Shown: in pieces, positions 47,900-61,700 of the stretch
Layout of the letters: every line of letters starts with the position of its first letter
Position numbering within the stretch: position 1 is the stretch's first letter
Assembly: GCF_009914755.1 (NCBI RefSeq)
Contig: NC_060937.1
From: the human T2T-CHM13v2.0 reference genome, Homo sapiens
DNA: 64,000 nucleotides
Direction: 5' to 3' (one strand)
Notes under the pieces: model-generated
What the model was told of the DNA's origin: nothing
The model's database searches: none
What the model saw: only the letters and a program-made list of their open reading frames with translations
Made by a program: the position numbers and the translations under genes

Positions 47900-49720
47900 T
47901 ATAGTGTACATAAAATATCAAAGTACCCAAACTATACCTTATATACTGTACATAAAATATGAAATTACATCAAATATATATTATATTAGGTACATAAAAT
48001 ATGAAAGTACATCAAATATAGATTATATACTGTACATAAAATACCAAAGTACCCCAAATATATATTTTATACTGTACATGAAATATCAAAGTTCAAAAAC
48101 TATATATTATATACTGTACATAAAATATCAAAGTACCCAAGGTATATATTGTATACTGTACAAAAAATATCAAAGTACCCAAACATGTATTATATACTGT
48201 ACATGAAATATGAAAGTACATCAAATATATATTTTATTCTGTACATAAAATATCAAAGTACACCAAATATATATTCTATAGTGTACATAAAATATCAAAG
48301 TACCCAAACTATACCTTATATACTGTACATAAAATATGAAATTACATCAAATATATATTATATTAGGTACAGAAAATATGAAAGTACATCAAATATAGAT
48401 TATATACTGTATATAAAATATCAAAGTACCCAAGGTATATATTCTATACTGTACATGAAATATCAAAGTTCACAAACTATATATTATATACTGTACATAA
48501 AATATCAAAGTACCCAAGGTATATATTCTATACTGTACAAAAAATATCAAAGTACCCAAACATGTATTATATACTGTACATGAAATATGAAAGTACATCA
48601 AATATATATTTTATTCTGTATATAAAATATCAAAGTACACCAAATATATATTATATAGTGTACATAAAATATCAAAGTACCCAAACTATACCTTATATAC
48701 TGTACATAAAATATGAAATTACATCAAATATATATTATATTAGGTACATAAAATATGAAAGTACATCAAATATAGATTATATACTGTACATAAAATACCA
48801 AAGTACCCCAAATATATATTTTATACTGTACATGAAATATCAAAGTTCACAAACTATATATTATATACTGTACATAAAATATCAAAGTACCCAAGGTATA
48901 TATTCTATACAGTACAAAAAATATCAAAGTACCCAAACATGTATTATATACTGTACATGAAATATGAAAGTACATCAAATATATATTTTATTCTGTACAT
49001 AAAATATCAAAGTACACCAAATATATATTCTATAGTGTACATAAAATATCAAAGTACCCAAACTATACATTATATACTGTACATAAAATATGAAATTACA
49101 TCAAATATATATTATATTAGGTACATAAAATATGAAAGTACATCAAATATAGATTATATACTGTACATAAAATACCAAAGTACCCCAAATATATATTTTA
49201 TACTGTACATGAAATATCAAAGTTCACAAACTATATATTATATACTGTACATAACATATAAAAGTACCCAAGGTATATATTCTATACTGTACAAAAAATA
49301 TCAAAGTACCCAAACATGTATTATATACTGTACATGAAATATGAAAGTACATCAAATATATATTTTATTCTGTATATAAAATATCAAAGTACACCAAATA
49401 TATATTCTATAGTGTACATAAAATATCAAAGTACACAAACTATACCTTATATACTCTACATAAAATATGAAATTACATCAAATATATATTATATTAGGTA
49501 CATAAAATAGGAAAGTACATCAAATATAGATTATATACTGTACATAAAATACCAAAGTACCCCAAATATATATTTTATACTGTACATGAAATATCAAATT
49601 TCACAAACTATATATTATATACTGTACATAAAATATCAAAGTACCCAAGGTATATATTCTATACTGTACAAAAAATATCAAAGTACCCAAACATGTATTA
49701 TATACTGTACATAAAATATG
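47900..49720 (+). repeat. Run of five consecutive 377-bp HOR variants
   Basis: 1-bp deletion ACCCAAACATG (vs ACCCAAAGCATG) at about 48181, 48558, 48935, 49312 and 49689; ORF starts 48562, 48939, 49316 and 49693 step by 377. Confidence 0.88.
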
Positions 49721-52700
49721 AAAGTACATCAAATATATATTTCATTCTGTACATAAAATATCAAAGTACACCAAATATATATTCTATAGTGTACATAAAA
49801 TATCAAAGTACCCAAACTATACATTATATACTGTACCTAAAATATGAAATTACATCAAATATGTATTATATTAGGTAAATAAAATATGAAAGTACAACAA
49901 ATATAGATTATGTAATGTACATAAAATACCAAATACCCCAAATATATATTTTACACTGTACATGCAATATCAAAGCTCACAAACTATATATTATATACTG
50001 TACATAAAATATCAAAGTACAGAAGGTATATATTCTATACTGTACAAAAAATATCAAAGTACCCAAAGCATGTATTAAATACTGTACATAAAATATGAAA
50101 GTACATCAAATATATATTTTATTCTGTACATAAAATATCAAAGTACACCAAATATATATTCTATAGTGTACATAAAATATCAAAGTACCCAAACTCTACA
50201 TTATATACTGTACATAAAATATGAAATTACATCAAATCTATATAACATTAGGTACATAAAATATGAAAGTACATCAAATATAAATTATATACTGTACATA
50301 AAATACCAAAGTACCCCAAATATATATTATATACTGTACATGAAATATCAAAGTTCACAAACTATATATTATATACTGTACATAAAATATCAAAGTACCC
50401 AAGGTATATATTCTATACTGTACAAAAAATATCAAAGTACCCAAAGCATGTATTATATACTGTATATAAAATATGAAAGTACATCAAATATATATTTAAT
50501 TGTGTACATAAAATATCAAAGTACACCAAATATGTATTCTATAGTGTACATAAAATATCAAAGTACCCAAACTATACATTATATACTGTACATAAAATAT
50601 GAAATTACATCAAATATATATTATATTAGGTACATAAAATATGAAAGTACATCAAATATAGATTATATACTGTACATAAAATACCAAAGAACCCCAAATA
50701 TATATTATATACTGTACATGAAATATCAAAGTTCACAAACTATATATTATATACTGTACATAAAATATCAAAGTACCCAAGGTATACATTATATACTGTA
50801 CACAAAATATGAAATTACATCAAATATATGTTATATTAGGTACATAAATTATGAAAGTACATCAAATATAAATTATATACTGTACATAAAATATCAAATT
50901 ACCTCAAATATATATTATATACTGTACATGAAATATCAAAGTTCACAAACTATATATTATATACTGTACATAAAATATCAAAGTACCCAAGGTATATATT
51001 CTATACTGTACAAAAAATATCAAAGTACCCAAACATGTATTATATACTGTTCATAAAATATGAAAGTACATCAAATATATATTTAATTCTTTACATAATA
51101 TATCAAAGTACACCAAATATATATTCTATAGTGTACATAAAATATCAAAGTACCCAAACTATACATTACATACTGTACATGAAATATGAAATTACATCAA
51201 ATATATATTATATTAGTTACATAAAATATGAAAGTACATCAAATATAGATTATACACTGTACATAAAATTCCAAAGAACCCCAAATATATATTATATACT
51301 GTACATGAAATATCAAAGTTCACAAACTATATATTATATACTGTACATAAAATATCAAAGTACCCAAGGTATATATTCTGTACTGTACAAAAAATATCAA
51401 AGTACCCAAAGCATGTATTATATACTGTTAATAAAATATGAAAGTACATCAAATATATATTTTATTCTGTACATAAAATATCAAAGTACACCAAATATAT
51501 ATTCTATAGTGTACATAAAATATCAAATTACCCAAACTATACATTATATACTGTACATAAAATATGAAATTACATCAAATATATATTATATTAGGTACAT
51601 AAAATATGAAAGTACATCAAATATAGATTATATACTGTACATAAAATACCAAAGAACCCCAAATATATATTATATACTGTACATGAAATATCAAAGTTCA
51701 CAAACTATATATTATATACTGTACATAAAATATCAAAGTACCCAAGGTATATATTCTATACTGTACAAAAAATATCAAAGTACCCAAAGCATGTATGATA
51801 TACTGTTCATAAAATATGAAAGTACATCAAATATATATTTTATTCTGTACATAAAATATCAAAGTACACCAAATATATATTCTATAGTGTACATAAAATA
51901 TCAAATTACCCAAACTATACATGATATACTGTACATAAAATATGAAATTACATCAAATATATATTATATTAGGTACATAAAATATGAAAGTACCTCAAAT
52001 ATAGATTATATACTGTACATAAAATACCAAAGAACCCCAAATATATATTATATACTGTACATGAAATATCAAAGTTCACAAAGTATATATTATATACTGT
52101 ACATAAAATATCAAAGTACCCAAGGTATATATTCTATACTGTACAAAATATCAAATTACCCAAAACAGGTATTATATACTGTTCATAAAATATGAAAGTA
52201 CATCAAATATATATTTTATTCTGTACATAAAATATCAAAGTACACCAAATATATATTCTATAGTGTACAAAAAATATCAAAGTACCCAAACTATACATTA
52301 TATACTGTACATAAAATATGAAATTACATCAAATATATATTATATTAGGTACATAAAATATGAAAGTACATGAAATATATATTATATACTGTACATAAAA
52401 TACCAAAGTACCCCAAATATATATATTATATTGTACATGAAATATCAAAGTTCACAAACTATATATTATATACTGTACATAAAATATGAATGTATCCAAG
52501 GTATATATTCTATACTATACAAAAAGTATCAAAGTTCCCAAAACATGTATTATATACTGTACATAAAATATGAAAGTGCATCAAATATATATTTTATTCT
52601 GTACATAAAATATCAAAGTACACCAAATATATATTCTATACTGTACAAAAAATATCAAAGCACCCAAACTATACATTATGTACTGTACATAAAATATGAA

Positions 52701-53019
52701 ATTACATCAAATATATATTAGTTACATAAAATATGAAAGTACATCAAATATAGATTATATCCTCTACGTAAAATACCAAAGTACCCCAAATAAATATTTT
52801 ATACTGTACATGAAATATCAAAGTTCACAAACTATATATTATATACTGCACATAAAATATCAAATCACCCAAGGTATATATTCTATACTATACAAAAAAT
52901 ATCAAAGTACCCAAAGCATGTATTATATACTGTACATAAAATAGGAAAGTACATCAAATATATATTTTATTCTGTACATAAAATATCAAAGTACACCAAA
53001 TATATATTCTATAGTGTAC

Positions 53020-55730
53020 ATAAAATATCAAAGTACCCAAACTATACATTACATACTGTATATGAAATATGAAATTACATCAAATATATATTATATTAGT
53101 TACATAAAATATGAAAGTACATCAAATATAGATTATACACTGTACATAAAATACCAAAGAACCCCAAATATATATTATATACTGTACATGAAATATCAAA
53201 GTTCACAAACTATATATTATATACTGTACATAAAATATCAAAGTACCCAAGGTATATATTCTGTACTGTACAAAAAATATCAAAGTACCGAAAGCATGTA
53301 TTATATACTGTACATAAAATATGAAAGTACATGAAATATATATTTTATTCTGTACAAAAAATATCAAAGTACACCAAATATATATTCTATAGTGTACATA
53401 AAATATCAAAGTACCCAAACTATACGTTACATACTGTACATAAAATGTGAAATTACATCAAATATATATTATATTAGGTACATAAAATATGAAAGTACAT
53501 CAAATATAGTTTATATACTGTACATAAAATACCAAAGTACCCCAAATATATATTTTATACTGTACATGAAATATCAAAGTTCACAAACTATATATTATAT
53601 ACTGTACATAAAATATGAATGTACCCAAGGTATATATTCTATACTGTACAAACAGTATCAAAGTACCCAAACCATGTATTATATACTGTACATAAAATAT
53701 GAAAGTACATCAAATATATATTTTATTCTGTACATAAAATATCAAAGTACACCAAATATATATTCTATAGTGTACATAAAATATTAAAGTACAAAAACTA
53801 TACAATATATACTGTTCATAAAATATGAAATTACATCAAATATATATTATATTAGGTATATAAAATATTAAAGTACATCAAATATAGATTATATACTGTA
53901 CATAAAATACCATAGTACCCCAAATATATATTTTATACTGTACATGAAATATCCAAGTTCACAAACTATATATTATATACTGTACATAAAATATCAAAGT
54001 ACCCAAGGTATATATTTTATACTGTACAAAAAATATCAAAGTACCGAAAGCATGTATTATATACTGTACATAAAATATGAAAGTACATGAAATATATATT
54101 TTATACTGTACATAAAATATCAAAGTACACCAAATATATATTCTATAGTGTACATAAAATATCAAAGTACCCAAACTATACGTTACATACTGTACATAAA
54201 ATATGAAATTACATCAAATATATATTATATTAGGTACATAAAATATGAAAGTACATCAAATATAGATTATATACTGTACATAAAATACCAAAGTACCCCA
54301 AATATATATTTTATACTCTACATGAAATATCAAAGTTCACAAACTATATATTATATACTGTACATAAAATATGAATGTACCCAAGGTATATATTCTATAC
54401 TGTACAAACAGTATCAAAGTACCCAAACCATGTACTATATACTGTACATAAAATATGAAAGTGCATCAAATATATATTTTATTCTGTACATAAAATATCA
54501 AAGTACACCAAATATATATTCTATAGTGTACATAAAATATTAAAGTACAAAAACTATACAATATATACTGTTCATAAAATATGAAATTACATCAAATATA
54601 TATTATATTAGGTACATAAAATATGAAAGTACATCAAATATAGATTATATACTGTACATAAAATACCAAAGTACCCCAAATATATATTTTATACTGTACA
54701 TGAAATATCGAAGTTCACAAACTATATATTATATACTGTACATAAAATATCAAAGTACCCAAGGTATATATTTTATACCGTACAAAAAATATCAAAGTAC
54801 CGAAAGCATGTATTATATACTGTACATAAAATATGAAAGTACATGAAATATATATTTTATTCTGTACAAAAAATATCAAAGTACACCAAATATATATTCT
54901 ATAGTGTACATAAAATATCAAAGTACCCAAACTATACATTACATACTGTACATAAAATATGAAACTACATCAAACATATATTATATTAGGTACATAAAAT
55001 ATGAAAGTACATCAAATATAGATTATATACTGTACATAAAATACCAAAGTACCCCAAATATATATTTTATACTGTACATGAAATATCAAAGTTCACAAAC
55101 TATATATTATATACTGCACATAAAATATCAAAGTACCCAAGTTATATATTCTATACTGTACAAAAAATATCAAAGTACCCAAACCATGTATTATATACTG
55201 TACACAAAATATGAATGTACATCAAATATATATTTTATCCTGTACATAAAATATCAAAGTACACCAAATATATATTCTATAGTGTACATAAAATATTAAA
55301 CTACAAAAACTATACATTATATACTGTTCATAAAATATGAAATTACATCAAATATATATTATATTAGGTACATAAAATATGAAAGTATATCAAATATAGA
55401 TTATATACTGTACATAATATACCAAAGTACCCCAAATATATATTTTATACTGTCCATGAAATATCCAAGTTCACAAACTATATATTATGTACTGTACATA
55501 AAATATCAAAGTACCCAAGGTATACATTTTATACTGTACAAAAAATATCAAAGTACCGAAAGCATGTATTATATACTGTACATAAAATATGAAAGTACAT
55601 GAAATATATATTTTATTCTGTACAAAAAATATCAAAGTACACCAAATATATATTCTATAGTGTACATAAAATATCAAAGTACCCAAACTATACATTATAT
55701 ACTGTACATAAAATATGAAATTACATCAAA
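53020..55730 (+). repeat. Local 756-bp (2 x 378, 18-monomer) higher-order repeat, about 3.5 copies
   Basis: ORF starts 53392, 54148, 54904, 55660 (+) and 53203, 53959, 54715, 55471 (-) step by exactly 756. Alternate HORs carry ACCGAAAGC plus AGTACATGAAAT, or AAATATTAAA(G/C)TACAAAAAC plus CTGTTC. Confidence 0.9.
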
Positions 55731-58700
55731 TAAATATTATGTTATGTACAGAAAATATGAAAATACATCAAATATAGATTATATACTGTACATAAAATAT
55801 CAAAGCACCCCAAATATATATTATATACTCTACATGAAATATCAAATTTCACAAACTATATATTATATACTGCACATAAAATATCATAGTACCCAAGGTA
55901 TATATTCTATACTCTACAAAAAATATCAAAGAACCCAAAGCATGTATTATATACTGTACATAAAATATGAAAGTACATCAAATATATATTTTATTCTGTA
56001 CATAAAATATCAAAGTACACCAAATATATATTCTATACTGTACATAAAATATCAAAGTACCCAAACTATACATTATATAGTGTACATAAAATATGAAATT
56101 ACATCAAATATATATTATATTAGGTACAGAAAATATGAAAATACATCCAATATAGATTATATACTGTACATAAAATACCAAAGGACCACAAATGTATATT
56201 TTATACTGTACATGAAATATCAAAGTTCACAAGCTATATATCATATACTGTACATAAAATATCAAAGTACTCAAGGTATATATTCTATACTGTACAAAAA
56301 ATATCAAAGTACCCAAAACATGTATTATATACTGTAGATAAAATATGAAAGTACATCAAATATATATTTTATTCTGTACATAAAATATCAAAGTACACCA
56401 AAGATATATTCTATAGTGTACATAAAATATCAAAGTAGCCAAACTATACATTATATACTGTACATAAAATATGAAATTACATCAAATATATATTATATTA
56501 GGTACATAAAATATGAAAGTACATCAAATATAGATTATATACTGTACATAAAATACCAAAGTACCCCAAATATATATATTATATTGTACATGAAATATCA
56601 AAGTTCACAAACTATATATTATATACTGTACATAAAATATCAAAGTACCCAAGGTATATATTCTATACTGTACAAAAAATATCAAAGTACCCAAAGCATG
56701 TATTATATACTGTACATGAAATATGAAAGTACATCAAATATATATTTTATTCTGTACATAAAATATCAAAGTACACCAAATATATATTCTATACTGTACA
56801 TAAAATATCAAAGTACCCAAACTATACATTATATACTGTACGTAAAATATGAAATTACATCAAATATATATTATATTAGGTACATAAAATATGAAAGTAC
56901 ATCAAATATAGATTATATACTGTACATAAAATACCAAAGTACCACAAATATATATTTTTTACTGTACATGAGATATCAAAGTTCACAAACTATATATTAT
57001 ATACTGTACATAAAATATCAAAGTACTCAAGGTATATATTCTATACTGTACAAAAAATATCAAAGTACCCAAAGCATGTATTATATACTGTACATAAAAT
57101 ATGAAAGTACATGAAATATATTTTTATTCTGTACAAAAAATATCAAAGTACACCAAATATATATTCTATACTGTACATAAAATATTAAAGTACCCAAACT
57201 ATACATTATATACTGTACATAAAATATGAATTTAAATCAAATATATATTATATTAGGTACAGAAAATATGAAAGTACATCAAATATAGATTATATACTCT
57301 ACATAAAATATCAAAGTACCCCAAATATATATAATATACTGTACATGAAATATCAAAGTTCACAAACTATATATTATATACTGTACATAAAATATGAATG
57401 TACCCAAGGTATATATTCTATACTATACAAAAACTATCAAAGTACCCAAAACATGTATTATATACTATATATAAAATATGAAAGTGCATCAAATATATAT
57501 TTTATTCTGTACATAAAATAAAAAAGTACACCAAATATATATTCTATACTGTACATAAAATATCAAAGTACACAAACTATACATTATATACAGAACATAA
57601 AATATGAAATTACATCAAATATATATTAGTTACATAAAATATTAAAGTACATCAAATATAGATTATATACTGTACTTAAAATACCAAAGTACCCCAAATA
57701 TATATATTATATTGTACATGAAATATCAAAGTTCACAAACTATATATTATATACTGCACATAAAATATCAAATCACCCAAGGTATATATTCTATACTGTA
57801 CAAAAAATATCAAAGTACCCAAAGCATGTATTATATACTGTACATAAAATATGAAAGTACATCAAATATATATTTTATTCTGTACATAAAATATCAAAGT
57901 ACACCAAATATATATTCTATAGTGTACATAAAATATCAAAGTACCCAAACTATACATTATATACTGTACATAAAATATGAAATTACATAAAATATATATT
58001 ATATTAGGTACATAAAATATGAAAGTACATCAAAAATAGATTATATACTGTACATAAAATACCAAAGTACCCCATATAAATATTTTATACTGAACATGAA
58101 ATATCAAAATTCACAAACTATATATTATATACTGTACATAAAATATCAAATCACCCATGGTATCTATTCTATACTGTACAAAAAATATCAAAGTACCCAA
58201 AGCATGTATTATATACTGTACATAAAATATGAAAGTTCATCAAATATATATTTTATTCTGTACATAAAATATCAAAGTACACCAAATATATATTATAAAC
58301 TGTACATGCAATATCAAAGTTCACAAACTATATATCATATACTGTACATAAAATATCAAAGTACCGAAGGTATATATTCTATACTGTCCAAAAAATATCA
58401 AAGTACCCAAAGCATGTATTATATACTGTACATAAAATATGAAAGTACATCAAATATATATTTTATTCTGTACATAAAATATCAAAGTACACCAAATATA
58501 TATTCTATAGTGTACATAAAATATCAAAGTACCCAAACTATACATTATATACTGTAAATAAAATATGAAATTACATCAAATATATATTATAATAGGTACA
58601 TAAAATATGAAAGTACATCAAATATAAATTATATACTGTACATAAAATACCAAAGAACCCCAAATATGTATTATATACTGTACATGAAATATCAAAGTTC

Positions 58701-61700
58701 ACAAACTATATATTATATACTGTACATAAAATATCAAAGTACCCAAGGTATATATTCTATACTGTACAAAAAATATCAAAGTACCCAAAGCATGTATTAT
58801 ATACTGTACATAAAATATGAAAGTACATCAAATATATATTTTATTCTGTACATAAAATATCAAAGTACACCAAATATATATTCTATAGTGTACATAAAAT
58901 ATCAAAGTACCCAAACTATACATTATATACTGTACATAAAACATGAAATTACATCCAATATTTATTATATTAGGTCCATAAAATATGAAAGTACATCAAA
59001 TATAAATTATATACTGTACATAAAATACCAAAGTACCCCAAATATATATTATATACTGTACATGAAATATCAAAGTTCACAAACTATATATTATATACTG
59101 TACATAAAATATCAAAGTACCCAAGGTATATATTCTATACTGTACAAAAAATATCAAAGTACCCAAAGCATGTATTATGTACTGTACATAAAATATGAAA
59201 GTACATCAAATATATATTTTATTCTGTACATAAAATATCAAAGTACACTAAATATATATTCTATAGTGCACATAAAATATCAAAGTACCCAAACTATACA
59301 TTATATACTGTACATAAAATATGAAATTACATCAAATATATATTATATTAGGTACATAAAATATGAAAGTACATCAAATATAGATTATATACTGTACATA
59401 AAATACCAAAGTACCCCAAATACATATTATATACTGTACATGAAATATCAAAGTTCACAAACTATATATTATATACTGTACATAAAATATCAAAGTACCC
59501 AAGGTATATATTCTATACTGTACAAAAAATATCAAAGTACCCAAAGCAAGTATTATATACTGTACATAAAATATGAAAGTACATCAAATATATATTTTAT
59601 TCTGTACATAAAATATCAAAGTACACCAAATATATATTCTATACTGTACAAAAAATATCAAAGTACCCAAAGCAAGTATTATATACTGTACATAAAATAT
59701 GAAATTACATCAAATATATATTATATTATGTACATAAAATATGAAAGTACATCAAATATAAATTATATACTGTACATAAAATACCAAAGTACCCCAAATA
59801 TATATTATAAACTGTACATGCAATATCAAAGTTCACAAACTATATATCATATACTGTACATAAAATATCAAAGTACCGAAGGTATATATTCTATACTGTC
59901 CAAAAAATATCAAAGTACCCAAAGCATGTATTATATACTGTACATAAAATATGAAAGTACATCAAATATATATTTTATTCTGTACATAAAATATCAAAGT
60001 ACACCAAATATATATTCTATAGTGTACATAAAATATCAAAGTACCCAAACTATACATTATATACTGTAGATAAAACATGAAATTACATCCAATATATATT
60101 ATATTAGGTACATAAAATATGAAAGTACATCAAATATAAATTATATACTGTACATAAATTCCAAAGTACCCCAAATATATATTATATACTGTACATGAAA
60201 TATCAAAGTTCACAAACTATATATTATATACTATACATAAAATATCAAAGTACCCACGGTATATATTCTACACTGTACAAAAAATATCAAAGTACCCAAA
60301 GCATGTATTATATACTGTACATAAAATATGAAAGTACATCAAATATATATTTTATACTGTACATAAAATATCAAAGTACACTAAATATATATTCTATAGT
60401 GTACATAAAATATCAAAGTACCCAAACTATACATTATATACTGTACAGAAAATATGAAATTACATCAAATATATATTATATTAGGTATATAAAATATGAA
60501 AGTACATCAAATATAGATTATATACTGTACATAAAATACCAAAGTACCCCAAATACATATTATATACTGTACATGAAATATCAAAGTTCACAAACTATAT
60601 ATTATATACTGTACATAAAATATCAAAGTACCCATGGTATATATTCTATACTGTACAAAAAATATCAAAGTACCCAAAGCAAGTAGTATATACTGTACAT
60701 AAAATATGAAAGTACATCAAATATATATTTCATTCTGTACATAAAATATCAAAGTACACCAAATATATATTCCATAGTGTACATAAAATATCAAAGTACC
60801 CAAACTATACATTATATACTGTACATAAAATATGAAATTACATCAAATATATATTATATTACATACATAAAATATGAAAGTACATCAAATATAAATTATA
60901 TACTGTACATAAAATACCAAAGTACACCAAATATATATTATATACTGTACATGAAATATCAAAGTTCACAAACTATATATTATATACTGTACATAAAATA
61001 TCAAAGTACCCAAGGTATATATTCTATACTGTACAAAAAATATCAAAGTACGCAAAGCATGTATTATATACTGTTAATAAAATATGAAAGTACATCAAAT
61101 ATATATTTTATTCTGTACATAAAATATCAAAGTACCCAAACAATACATTATATACTGTACATAAAATATGAAATTACATCAAATATATATTATAATAGGT
61201 ACACAAAATATGAAAGTACATCAAATATAAATTATATACTGTACATAAAATACCAAAGAACCCCAAATATATTATATACTGTACATGAAATATCAAAGTT
61301 CAGAAACTATATATTATATACTGTTCATAAAATATCAAAGTACCGAAAGTATATATTCTATACTATACAAAAAATATCAAAGTACCCAAAGCATGTATTA
61401 TATACTGTTCATAAAATATGAAAGTACATCAAATATATATTTTATTCTGTACATAAAATATCAAAGTACACTAAATATATATTCTATAGTGTACATAAAA
61501 TATCAAAGTACCCAAACTATACATTATATACTGTACATAAAATATGAAATTACATCAAATATATATTATATTAGGTACATAAAATATGAAAGTACATCAA
61601 ATATATATTATATACTGTACATAACATACCAAAGTACCCCAAATACATATTATATACTGTACATGAAATATCAAAATTCACAAACTATATATTACTTACT

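Noticed and set aside
12322-55695. Short minus-strand ORFs (71-81 aa)
   Set aside because: They appear only where the ACATCA to ACATGA variant removes a minus-strand TGA; they mark duplicated blocks, not genes.
474-61421. Plus-strand ORFs up to 743 aa as protein-coding genes
   Set aside because: All are translations of the 42-bp satellite (14-residue period). Starts and stops are set by point variants and 1-5 bp indels, with no unique domain or gene context.
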